Below, piece after piece: positions 17,421-25,680 of a stretch of DNA of 41,370 bases. The notes below the pieces were generated by a model. That model was not told the DNA's origin and did no database searches. It saw only the letters and a program-made list of their open reading frames with translations. The DNA comes from a virus (lineage: Duplodnaviria > Caudoviricetes). Within the stretch, counting starts at the first letter, position 1, and each line of letters begins with the position of its first letter. The stretch lies in IMG/VR virus record IMGVR_UViG_3300036856_000057, positions 1 to 41,370 of that record. The stretch is one strand, 5' to 3'. The position numbers were made by a program, and so were the translations under genes.

Positions 17421-18404
17421 TTAGTTGACGTTGAAATAGCTGTCGTTCATGCGCGGCGAGATGCACGATACCTGCCAGGTCACATACAGGTTCGACACCA
17501 GAACGCGCTGGTTCGACGGCTGGATAAAGGGATCGCAGACAAAGTAATCGCCCTTATGCCACACCGGGAAAATGTACTTGCTGTTGAGCAAATAGCTCTT
17601 GCCCGTGGGTACGAATGGATCTGGGAAAACCAGGGCAGTGTTGAAGATGAAGTGCGAGCGGAATCCAGCCTGCATCGCGCCGTCATCCTGGATGTTGTTG
17701 GTGTACCGGATGAGCTGCGTGAAATTGTTCTGGAAGTTGTAGAAGCTCTGCACCGGCATGGCCAGGATGTCCGGCAAGTCGTAGCCGAACTGCCCGGTGA
17801 GGCCGAAGCCCTGGTTGGCCACGGTCGGCGTGAGCGCGGTCGAGCCGGCATTGATGGGAGCCTGTGCCTTAAACCAGCTATTCGCCGCCACGCTGCGGTC
17901 AATGCCGCCGATGACGTTGTTCGCTTGGTACACCCAGGAGTCGATGTCATCGACATCTTGACTGGTGTTCTGCGGCGCGATGTGGAACATGGCGCGCGAG
18001 AGCTTCATCAGGATCGAGCCGGTGGCCTCCACCCACTTGGTGTTGATGATGCTGAGCGCGGAGTTGCGATTCAGCACGATATCTGTAACTGGGATCGCGA
18101 CGTTTTGATAGTAGGGCTTCCAGCGCTGGTCAATCGGCTGCACCGTGTCCACTACCGTGGGAGTCAGCAATTCCGTGCCGTAGTACGCGCCGCCGGCCAG
18201 GTTTTCTTGATACATCGCCGGATAGATCAGCTCGCCCATGCCGAACTTTTTCCCTTGGCGCTGCATCGCCCAAAACATGATCGAGGGTTGAAAAACGTTG
18301 TCGGCGATAACCGGATAGATGTACTTCTCCGTGATCGCGTTCATGGTCCCCACTAGGGCGGCGGTGGGGGAGTTGATACCGGTTCCGATTGCGCCGAATG
18401 CCAT
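17421..18404 (-). CDS. Major capsid protein (HK97-fold inferred)
   Basis: 327 aa; follows the scaffold; strong AAGGA RBS; IADNVF, PDILAM...FYNF, YLLNSKY patterns; followed by a terminator. Confidence 0.75.
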   Translation of the reverse strand: MAFGAIGTGINSPTAALVGTMNAITEKYIYPVIADNVFQPSIMFWAMQRQGKKFGMGELIYPAMYQENLAGGAYYGTELLTPTVVDTVQPIDQRWKPYYQNVAIPVTDIVLNRNSALSIINTKWVEATGSILMKLSRAMFHIAPQNTSQDVDDIDSWVYQANNVIGGIDRSVAANSWFKAQAPINAGSTALTPTVANQGFGLTGQFGYDLPDILAMPVQSFYNFQNNFTQLIRYTNNIQDDGAMQAGFRSHFIFNTALVFPDPFVPTGKSYLLNSKYIFPVWHKGDYFVCDPFIQPSNQRVLVSNLYVTWQVSCISPRMNDSYFNVN

Positions 18405-18441
18405 TGCTTAGTCCTTTTGTAACTGAGATCGTTACAGCTTG

Positions 18442-19302
18442 TTACTGCAACATCTGGGTCATCTTTGGATCGTTGAAAGCCGCGTCTAACTGCTGCGCGA
18501 TGGTTTTGGGGTGGTTGTTGGTTGGGTCCGGCTTGCCGGAGAAGTCCACGCCTGCCGCGGTGGGGAGTGGCGCGCCGTTGCCCCAAGTGGGCTCTCCCTG
18601 CCGCGATGCCATCTCTGCCTGCGCGAGCCGCCGGCCTTCCTCGATACCAGCCTGGCGAATTTCATCGTTCGACTTCTGCGCCACTACCGGCCCTGCCAGC
18701 TCATCGAGCGCGCGGGTCACATCGGGCCAGCCTTCCTGGCCCTTGTATCCCTTGCTCACCGCGGTCTGTAAGGCCTGGTCGAGCGTGATATTCACGTCCG
18801 TGCCCTTGGGCTTTTTGAAGGTGTGCCACTCCATGTAATCGAGCCGCGCGCGGTCGTTCTGGTACACGCTCAACGCCTGGCCGAGTCCGTGGCGGGTCTG
18901 CCGCAAGTCGTTGCGGATGGGGTCCAGTTCCGCGACGATAGGCGCATAGAGCGGGTCATCCTTCAGCGCCACGCCGCTGGCGGTCCGCGTCTCGCGTGTG
19001 GCTGTGGCCACTGTCTCGCGCAGGTTCGCCGGAATGCGGCCGGCCACAATGTCGTCAACGCTCAGGCCTGTCACTTGCTGCACGTTCTCCACGATCCGCG
19101 CCAGGTTGGCGGTCGCCGAGTCCTGGTTGCGCGCTATGGTGTCGAGCTGCGTTTGCCGCTCTGTCAGCCGGCGCTCGATGTCGCCTTGCGAGGCCGCATT
19201 CTGCGTGCGAATGGCTCCGAGTGTCACTTCCTGGCCGTTGATGGTGAATCTCACATCATCGGGGTACGTCGCTTTGTCGGTCAGAATCTTTGCCCAGTCC
19301 AT
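18442..19302 (-). CDS. Capsid scaffolding protein (putative)
   Basis: 286 aa, helical/coiled-coil; INGQEVTL motif; C-terminal KTIAQQLDAAF helix; just upstream of the MCP. Confidence 0.65.
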   Translation of the reverse strand: MDWAKILTDKATYPDDVRFTINGQEVTLGAIRTQNAASQGDIERRLTERQTQLDTIARNQDSATANLARIVENVQQVTGLSVDDIVAGRIPANLRETVATATRETRTASGVALKDDPLYAPIVAELDPIRNDLRQTRHGLGQALSVYQNDRARLDYMEWHTFKKPKGTDVNITLDQALQTAVSKGYKGQEGWPDVTRALDELAGPVVAQKSNDEIRQAGIEEGRRLAQAEMASRQGEPTWGNGAPLPTAAGVDFSGKPDPTNNHPKTIAQQLDAAFNDPKMTQMLQ

Positions 19303-19316
19303 CGCTTCTCACGCTT

Positions 19317-19766
19317 TCAGCCCAGCAGGGCGGATATGTCGGGTTGTTGCCCACCCGCGGGGAGTCCGGGGCCTACGCCCGCGGTGTTGGCTATCGGCCG
19401 CACCTGGCCAAGTACCTGCGCGGCCTTTTGAATTTCCGAGATGGCTTTGGAGAGGTTCTCGCGCGCCTTCGCAATCGGCGGCGCCGCGGCCGGCAGCCGC
19501 ATCGCGGTGGTGAGGTAGGCTTTCGCGAGATCGCTATTCATGCTCGTGAGCATGTCCGCGATGCCTTGCGGGTTGGCTCCGTCGAGCTGATCCACTCCGC
19601 TGCCCAGCGCCATGGCTTCCGGGCTCGGTGGTCCTGGCGCGGGTCCACCAGGTCCACCAGGTCCGCCTGGCGCCGCGCCTGGTGGCGCTCCCGGCGGTCC
19701 GCCGCCGTTGGCGAGCATCTGTATCAGATTGTTCGCCTGCGCGGCTTGTACGGGCGGCATCGGCAT
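19317..19766 (-). CDS. Hypothetical Pro/Gly-rich head-module protein
   Basis: 149 aa; AGGGA RBS; GPGGPGGP low-complexity stretch. Confidence 0.65.
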   Translation of the reverse strand: MPMPPVQAAQANNLIQMLANGGGPPGAPPGAAPGGPGGPGGPAPGPPSPEAMALGSGVDQLDGANPQGIADMLTSMNSDLAKAYLTTAMRLPAAAPPIAKARENLSKAISEIQKAAQVLGQVRPIANTAGVGPGLPAGGQQPDISALLG

Positions 19767-19769
19767 TGC

Positions 19770-19937
19770 TTAGTCCCTGTCTCCGCCGCGTTCCTTGGTG
19801 TAGCCGAGAGGATCGGACGGCCGCGGGAATGTCGGGTTCGCCGGCGTCCAGCCTTCCTGCCCTTTGGCGGGTCCTACGTGGATGGGTGAGATGAGATCCT
19901 CTTTGCTTGGTCCTTCGCCGAACTTGTCTTTCGCCAT
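19770..19937 (-). CDS. Small hypothetical protein
   Basis: MAKDKFGEGPSK..., GAGGG RBS, 55 aa. Confidence 0.6.
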   Translation of the reverse strand: MAKDKFGEGPSKEDLISPIHVGPAKGQEGWTPANPTFPRPSDPLGYTKERGGDRD

Positions 19938-20043
19938 GATTTGCCCTCTCTCTCGATTCACTGCGGGGTGCGGGGTCGATGGGTCGCCCCGCACTCCACA
20001 CGTCCCTTGGTTCGGTTACCGTGCGATCCGGTCGGGGCTATAA

Positions 20044-20097
20044 CTAGCCCCGGCGGCTACGACGGCGGCCGCCCCTGTGATGTCTGCGTTTTGCCAT
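20044..20097 (-). CDS. 17-aa arginine-rich micropeptide MAKRRHHRGGRRRSRRG
   Basis: AAAGGAGG Shine-Dalgarno 9 nt upstream of the ATG; shorter than any ORF in the track. Confidence 0.65.
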   Translation of the reverse strand: MAKRRHHRGGRRRSRRG

Positions 20098-20125
20098 GGT
20101 TGTTTTCCTCCTTTCCAAAGTGCTG

Positions 20126-20392
20126 TCACATGCGAACGCCGTTCGCACGGTTCATCACTTCTTGGTCGGATAGAACACGCCCATCGCGCGCGTCTCCAAA
20201 AATGTCGAGCAAACCTCGTGCCTGCCGCTTCAGAAACTCAATCTGCTCCGCTTCGTTGGGCCAGTCATAAAAGCCCTCCGCGTCTACAGTCATCGGCACA
20301 CACAGCTTTTCTCGTAGAGCTAACTGAATCGTGACCATGCCGTTATGGTCGTTCCGCGAAACGCATTCCAGGTCCCGATCAATCCGGCTCAT
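20126..20392 (-). CDS. Hypothetical protein
   Basis: 88 aa; AGGA RBS. Confidence 0.55.
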   Translation of the reverse strand: MSRIDRDLECVSRNDHNGMVTIQLALREKLCVPMTVDAEGFYDWPNEAEQIEFLKRQARGLLDIFGDARDGRVLSDQEVMNRANGVRM

Positions 20393-20435
20393 CAGTCCTG
20401 ATATACCGGGAAATTGGCGCGAGCGGTCGAAATCG

Positions 20436-20453
20436 CTAGAAGGGTGCGTGCCG
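20436..20453 (-). promoter_or_regulatory. 18-bp motif CGGCACGCACCCTTCTAG, copy 1
   Basis: Exact duplicate at 21468-21485; 44 bp from start codon 20392; directly after a terminator. Confidence 0.55.
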
Positions 20454-20475
20454 GAAGGTCACCGCGCCGGCGACG

Positions 20476-20504
20476 AAAAAAGGGCCGGGATGATTATCCC
20501 GGCC
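20476..20504 (-). terminator. Rho-independent terminator
   Basis: GGCCGGGAT-4nt-ATCCCGGCC followed by CTTTTTT. Confidence 0.8.
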
Positions 20505-20583
20505 GTCCCTGGAGGTGTCTCTGCCTTGGTTTGGATCGCTGGTAACGAACCAAGGCCACTCTGCGCCTGATCGAAATGCAACG

Positions 20584-20979
20584 CTATGCCGCTTCCGCGG
20601 TATCGTCCTCGATCTCAATTCCAGAATCGAAATACGCTTTGACGACGGCGCCGAAAAGATAGTCCTTCATTCGCTGGTCCACCGGCAGCTCATCGTAAGG
20701 CCGAAAGCATGGGTGCTCTTTCAGGTCCGGCCGCTTCACCGCTCCGTAGCGCCAGCCCTCGCGCCGCTTCTCTTCGAGCCAGGATTCATGCGACGCGGAC
20801 GGCGCCGGCGTCGCGCCGCCGCGCAACGTGTCCAGGTGGAAGCGCACGCCTTTGATGTTGGTGCTCCGCTGCCACTCGGGTGCCACTTCCCACGCCTGAA
20901 ACGAATAATCGCCGATGGTCGCGCAGTAGGCGCGGTTGGCCTCGTATGCCACGCGCGCGATGTCTGTCACTGTGTTCAT
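20584..20979 (-). CDS. RyR-domain phage protein
   Basis: HESWLEEKRREGWRYG...KEHPCFRPYDELPVDQRMKD matches the RyR repeat signature. Confidence 0.8.
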   Translation of the reverse strand: MNTVTDIARVAYEANRAYCATIGDYSFQAWEVAPEWQRSTNIKGVRFHLDTLRGGATPAPSASHESWLEEKRREGWRYGAVKRPDLKEHPCFRPYDELPVDQRMKDYLFGAVVKAYFDSGIEIEDDTAEAA

Positions 20980-20989
20980 TGCCTTTTGT

Positions 20990-21220
20990 TTATCTCCTTT
21001 GGTCGTTGTCGAGAATACGCAGCGCTTCCACCAGCTCCGCGCGTGTGAGCAAATTCACTTCCGGCGGTCCTACGGTAAACACCACGGGCACGGATAAGCC
21101 GATGTAGGGAAGGCGCAGCGGGATGAGTTCATCCTTCGCCACCTTCTCGACGTTCACAAACAGCACTGAGTTTGGCCCGATGTCGAGTTTCTTGATGTGC
21201 TCCGCAAGGCCCTCATCCAT
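20990..21220 (-). CDS. Hypothetical protein
   Basis: 76 aa; tightly packed between neighbours; AAGGG upstream. Confidence 0.55.
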   Translation of the reverse strand: MDEGLAEHIKKLDIGPNSVLFVNVEKVAKDELIPLRLPYIGLSVPVVFTVGPPEVNLLTRAELVEALRILDNDQRR

Positions 21221-21231
21221 GCCCTTGTCCC

Positions 21232-21423
21232 CTATTTCCGCGCCTGGTCCTTGATCTCGCGCCGCTCCGCTTCCGGTTTCGGCAGTCCGGTTTTATCGTC
21301 CAGCTCTTTGCCGCCGGGCTCGATGGGCACGCCGCGGACGCCGGATTTCTGTCCTTTGGGATCGTCGGCAACGTTGGGCTGATGCTGTACTGGTTGGGTT
21401 TCGTAATCGTCGATGTCGGCCAT
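21232..21423 (-). CDS. Hypothetical protein
   Basis: MADIDDYETQPV..., 63 aa, hydrophilic. Confidence 0.55.
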   Translation of the reverse strand: MADIDDYETQPVQHQPNVADDPKGQKSGVRGVPIEPGGKELDDKTGLPKPEAERREIKDQARK

Positions 21424-21467
21424 GCTTCGGAGTGTAGGCCGCACCGCCGTGGATCGCGGGTAACTCC

Positions 21468-21485
21468 CTAGAAGGGTGCGTGCCG
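21468..21485 (-). promoter_or_regulatory. 18-bp motif CGGCACGCACCCTTCTAG, copy 2
   Basis: Exact duplicate of 20436-20453; 45 bp from start codon 21423. Confidence 0.55.
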
Positions 21486-21601
21486 TTATAGCGGCCGGCG
21501 GTGGTGCTTCAGCTCGCGGGATCTACGCAGTAGCGGCAGAGCTGGCGCGCGCAGCCGGCGCTGAAACGGTGTCGGCCGAAAGATCGCGGCCGCCCATCGC
21601 T

Positions 21602-22024
21602 TCATCCACTTGTCTCTGCGCTCTGCTGTTGTGAGTCGGTGGGTTCCCATGTTTGTGGCCTCGCAATATTTTTTATCTGCGCGAATATTTCTCCGTCGCT
21701 GTTGTGGATCGTCACCAACTCGTCCTGGATGTACTTGTGTTTCATGATCGGCACACCCCAGACGTGGATACGGTCGCCTAGTATTTCGCTGCTGATCGCG
21801 GAGACGGCGGCATGACTCAATATCCAGTCGTACTGCGCCGGGCTCAGCATGGCCGCGGCGTCGCCCAGCTCGCGGCCGGAGTCGCGGGCGGCGTTCATGG
21901 CGTGGACCCAGGCAAACAGGAGCACCCAGCCGGTCAAGCAGCTACCGTTGGCGTCGATGAACGCGGTGCGCGCGTGCAGTTCCTTCGGTGCGTAGAAATC
22001 CTTGGGCGTGTCAGTCATCGGCAA
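21602..22024 (-). CDS. Hypothetical protein
   Basis: 140 aa ORF overlapping the upstream stop. Confidence 0.55.
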   Translation of the reverse strand: MPMTDTPKDFYAPKELHARTAFIDANGSCLTGWVLLFAWVHAMNAARDSGRELGDAAAMLSPAQYDWILSHAAVSAISSEILGDRIHVWGVPIMKHKYIQDELVTIHNSDGEIFAQIKNIARPQTWEPTDSQQQSAETSG

Positions 22025-22145
22025 ATCCGCCTTTTTTAATCTGCAACTTCTGGAAGCGCCGGCCGCTCCGCACCCAGCCGTGGAGGTAGCCCAGCCAATA
22101 CATCGCCACTCCCGTGCAAATCGCTGTCAGAACCCATTTCGTCAT
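22011..22145 (-). CDS. Small single-TM protein
   Basis: MTKWVLTAICTGVAMYWLGYLHGW followed by a basic tail; AAGGG RBS. Confidence 0.5.
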   Translation of the reverse strand: MTKWVLTAICTGVAMYWLGYLHGWVRSGRRFQKLQIKKGGFADD

Positions 22146-22686
22146 AGCCCTTGTCCCTCTCTTCAAGCCGCATCCGCCAGCCCTTCGGTGGTGGCCACGG
22201 CACTCCCCATTCCGCGAGTTGCTTCTTTGTCCAGCCGCCGCGCGGTGTTTTTTTTGCCTCAACCTCTTCCCTCGATACGTGGGCGGTTATGGATTTCAGA
22301 CGTTGTTCGAAAGTCTTTGGCCGCGGCGGTGTCGGCGTCCCATGTGCCGGCTTCCCCATCACCACGACTCTTTTCCAGAGATTCACCGGATTGCCTGTAA
22401 CCTTCCCCCCACAGCGTAAACAGCGCAGCCCATACCGTTCCCTGTTCCATTCGTGATCGGCATCCGCCACTCCGCACGGCCGCTGGGTGGGATCGTCTAC
22501 CGCCACTGTCGGCTTGCTCGTCGGCGGCGGTTTCAGGCTTTTTTTCTTAGCCCTATACGCACGCCACATGTTCCGCAAGTGATCGTTCGCTGGTGGGGCC
22601 TTTCCCTCCTCTGCCCACTTCTTCAGTGCCCACTCGATGAACTGGCGCTGCGTTAGCTCGCGTTTTCGCTTTTTTTTTGCCCCCAC
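22036..22686 (-). CDS. Basic protein with possible Zn ribbon and GGWT...WGVPWPPPKGW motif
   Basis: AAGGTG RBS plus GTG; K/R-rich N-terminus; C...H...CLRC; Trp/Pro motif that I recall from small phage proteins. Confidence 0.6.
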   Translation of the reverse strand: MGAKKKRKRELTQRQFIEWALKKWAEEGKAPPANDHLRNMWRAYRAKKKSLKPPPTSKPTVAVDDPTQRPCGVADADHEWNRERYGLRCLRCGGKVTGNPVNLWKRVVVMGKPAHGTPTPPRPKTFEQRLKSITAHVSREEVEAKKTPRGGWTKKQLAEWGVPWPPPKGWRMRLEERDKGYDEMGSDSDLHGSGDVLAGLPPRLGAERPALPEVAD

Positions 22687-22699
22687 TTAAGTTTCACCT

Positions 22700-23560
22700 T
22701 TTCAATCGAGTAGACACACGAGGGGCATCCCTCCCCGGGGAGATAAGGTTCCCCGTGATGTAAGCTAGAGGCAATTGCGTCGCGTCCCCCTTGGTGTGTC
22801 GCGGGGTGAAGTGGAGCGGGCAAACTCTACTTCGGTACTTCAGCCTTGCTGCTTACATCACGGTGGAAACCTTGATCCTCTCCCTTTTTGGGTGGGTCTT
22901 GCACTACACGCTGTCAGCACCTCGCTTCGGGCTCTGAGACGCGGTGATTGGTAATAAAAAAACCAAAAAACCGCGTTTTCAGAGCCCAAGGCATTCAGAG
23001 CGGCCTTCGCTTATACGAGCTTTTTTTTCGCCCTTTCGGGCTACCCCACTGTTTTAGACCAGGACGCCTTGCCCCTCGTATGCGGATCAACTACCGCACT
23101 CGTCGGCCTGGAAAAACCTGCGCAGGTTTGTAGCGCAGGAAGCTCTTTCGCAAATCTCAGTAAAGGCACCAGGACCCTTGCGAGTCGTGGCGTTTTCTCT
23201 CCCCATACCTACTGGTGCCCGTTCCCCGGACGCTTTAGCTCCGATGACCGGATACCTGCCGGACCCATTCCCCCCTAGCCCCTAGCCACGAAACGCAACG
23301 GACTGCTTGCGGCCGTAAACCGAGGCATCGATTCAATGGGTGCTACTCTCACTCGCCGGTTCTTCTCTCCCGGGCGAGTTGCCTGTTTTTCACCGTTGTT
23401 TTCCGGTCCATGTTCGAGCTTGAACCTTGCGGGCCGGGCACTCGAAAAAAACTCGAGCTTTTTCCCGGTACGAACATGGGCAGAATGGAGGGTATCCACT
23501 CTGCAAGCTGGTGTCGATGCAACCGTGTCTTGCAGTCGGGAGCCATGATTTGCTAGGCTC
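22700..23560. ncRNA. Candidate large structured non-coding RNA (or structured ssDNA element)
   Basis: No convincing ORF; more than 12 stems, including 13-bp CCGTGATGTAAGC/GCTTACATCACGG and a 10-bp long-range pair 22718-22727/23070-23079; GNRA and UUCG tetraloops. Confidence 0.55.
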
Positions 23561-23801
23561 TACCGCAGACAGAGGATGCTGACTCACGCTCTAACCGTAG
23601 GCCTCCTTTCTTTCCTTGCCGGGGAATAGTCTCCGAATAGGCCGCTGTGGTGGTTCTCAACCACACGCGGCCTTTTCTAGTTCTATACACGGAAATGCCA
23701 ACCTCTTCCAGCAAACCATCGTGAATGAGTTGGTACACCCGCTGCGGAGACTTGCCCAGGAACACTGCAAACTCGCTAACGCTCATCAGGACGATAATCA
23801 T
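23553..23801 (-). CDS. Excisionase/MerR-like HTH protein
   Basis: LMSVSEFAVFLGKSPQRVYQLIHDGLL...GRVW is a typical HTH_17-like pattern; GGAGG RBS. Confidence 0.7.
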   Translation of the reverse strand: MIIVLMSVSEFAVFLGKSPQRVYQLIHDGLLEEVGISVYRTRKGRVWLRTTTAAYSETIPRQGKKGGLRLERESASSVCGRA

Positions 23802-24019
23802 GCCGCGAGGCCTCCTGAGAGCCAGAATCGTTCGACGCTGGACGATAAAAAAACCGCGTCAGATAAGGACGCGGCGCATGTTCGCGCATTCATCAGGTCC
23901 GCCGCCGGCACGTCGCCGGCGGGGAATGTTGCAAACACCTGATCGCGTGCGCTGACCACAAAATGTGTTCGGCCGGCGGCCGGCTGGCAATCCACAACCG
24001 CTGAGCCAAAGGGTGTCAT
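23798..24019 (-). CDS. Hypothetical protein
   Basis: ATGA-coupled to the portal stop and to the next gene. Confidence 0.5.
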   Translation of the reverse strand: MTPFGSAVVDCQPAAGRTHFVVSARDQVFATFPAGDVPAADLMNARTCAASLSDAVFLSSSVERFWLSGGLAA

Positions 24020-25680
24020 TTCTTCCCTTTCGGCTCGCTGACAGAAGCCACTGCTTTCAAGGCCAGCTCTTGCTGGATGCGCTCGCCGATCTCGGCCGCG
24101 TTGGGGTAGCCCAGCATGGCCAGGCCTTCGCCGATGGGCAGGGCGCCCTTGCCCATCAATCCCTCGGCGATCCGCGCCACAATAGCCTGCGATTTCACAT
24201 GAAAACTTCCGTCGTCGATGAACGTCAACAGTTCATCCACCGTCTCCTCCGGCCGCTTGTAGTCGACGATTTCAAATTTGCCTCTGCTGGTGCGCATCGG
24301 CATCTTCTGCGCCGGCATGTACTCGACCATCCCGTAGGTGATGCACTTGGACAATTCCAGAACACTCGCGCTGGCCAGGCGGCCGCGGAGTTGCGTCATG
24401 CCCTGGCCGCGGAGTACCGCGGCGTCGAATAGCTCCGGCGAGAGGTTGCCGTCGCCCGGGTTGCCCTGCCGCGCCTGGGTGAAGCCGTGGATGTCGCGCT
24501 GTTTCTGCAACAGCATCTCGGGGATCTTGGTGGCGCTGTCGGGGAACGATGGCGGCGTGATGCAGTTGGGCGGCTTCTCTCCCTTGTACGTCACTTTCTC
24601 GCCAGGCACGCCGCCAAACTGGTTTTGGTTGATCTCGGCGGTTTCGGGAATACACCACACACCGTTATTCAACCGCCAGAAATTCTCATAAGTTTGGGCG
24701 TAAAATTTTTCGGCCAAACCTTGCAGGTTTTGCGTGTAGCGCGTCGGCGGCACTGCCCATGGTCCAAACAGCGGCGGCGTACCCCACACCGGCACCAGGT
24801 TGAATCTGCCCTGCGGCCAGGGGATCTGGCCATCCGCGAGGATGACGTTTTCGCATTCCACCAGCATCCGGCCGTTGGGGTACTCCCACTTGTACTTTGC
24901 CGGCGATTTGGGATCGTTCGACGCGATGAGCGATCGAGTGTAGTCCTTGCATAAGCACCAGCGCACGCGCGTGGCGAATCCGCGCGGCGTCGATACCGCA
25001 TCCAGCGCCGGCATGGATTGAAACGGTCCCGGCGGCAATACAAAACCGTTGCCGCCCTCGGGTGCGCGGAGATCGCGCATTGCGGTTCCCGGATACTTCG
25101 GCAGCAAGTGCGCTTTCTCGGGGAAGCGGGATTTCACCTCGTCCAAGTGGATCCAGTCTTCCAGGATGATCCAGCTCCAGTTGAGGGTGTAGTCGGTGTT
25201 CGGGTCCATGTGGACGCTGCGCGGGTCGCGGCACTTCGTCCACATTTTGCCGAGTCCATTGTTGGCGCGCGGGTCGATGCCCACCTGGAGAAAAGCGGTT
25301 CCGGCGAACTGCGCGATAAGAAACGCATAGAGCAAGTGGTAAGGCACAAACATCTGCTCCCACTGCGAGCGGAAGCCGTTCTCTATGGTGTCCAGTCGTG
25401 CTGATTTTTTCTGACTGTAGATGTACGCCTGCGGCTGAAACTCGGAAAGGTCGTTCGCTTCCCGCATCATGAGCACTTGCAGCTCGGGGATGCTGATGCT
25501 CGGCCGGTAGCGCGGGGAAGGCGCGCTCTGGCTCATCTCAAAAAATGCTTTTACGTCGTCGAAGTAGTTGATGCCCAGCGCGTCCTGCTGCTTGGCTTTC
25601 GAGATCCGCTCCCACTCGTCCATGTGCCGGATGCGCGGGTCTATATCCGGCGCGCTGCGACGAGCGGTCATGACGATCAT
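24016..25680 (-). CDS. Portal protein
   Basis: 554 aa; downstream of TerL; GTAFLQV...DPRSVHMDP, DIHGFTQARQG patterns of podovirus-type portals. Confidence 0.85.
   Translation of the reverse strand: MIVMTARRSAPDIDPRIRHMDEWERISKAKQQDALGINYFDDVKAFFEMSQSAPSPRYRPSISIPELQVLMMREANDLSEFQPQAYIYSQKKSARLDTIENGFRSQWEQMFVPYHLLYAFLIAQFAGTAFLQVGIDPRANNGLGKMWTKCRDPRSVHMDPNTDYTLNWSWIILEDWIHLDEVKSRFPEKAHLLPKYPGTAMRDLRAPEGGNGFVLPPGPFQSMPALDAVSTPRGFATRVRWCLCKDYTRSLIASNDPKSPAKYKWEYPNGRMLVECENVILADGQIPWPQGRFNLVPVWGTPPLFGPWAVPPTRYTQNLQGLAEKFYAQTYENFWRLNNGVWCIPETAEINQNQFGGVPGEKVTYKGEKPPNCITPPSFPDSATKIPEMLLQKQRDIHGFTQARQGNPGDGNLSPELFDAAVLRGQGMTQLRGRLASASVLELSKCITYGMVEYMPAQKMPMRTSRGKFEIVDYKRPEETVDELLTFIDDGSFHVKSQAIVARIAEGLMGKGALPIGEGLAMLGYPNAAEIGERIQQELALKAVASVSEPKGKK

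Noticed and set aside
8699-18085. Isolated GATATC hexamers in structural genes (about 8702, 12600, 14587, 18078)
   Set aside because: Single copies without 11-bp neighbours; expected by chance
20500-20570. Glycine-riboswitch-like words (GCAGAGA, CCAGG) on the minus strand
   Set aside because: Conserved CCGAAG and CTCTCAGG core not present; located 3' of a gene
21487-21597. 36-aa Arg-rich ORF MGGRDLRPTPFQRR...
   Set aside because: Weak RBS and no motif; cannot be distinguished from chance
23070-23140. CGTATGCGG...CCGCAC resembling group II intron domain V
   Set aside because: No AGC/CGC triad in a proper 34-nt DV stem, no DVI or AY end, no RT/maturase
22700-23560. Group I intron, tRNA or retron interpretation of the structured island
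   Set aside because: No P7 core motifs or cloverleaf recognised, no interrupted gene, and no reverse transcriptase in the window
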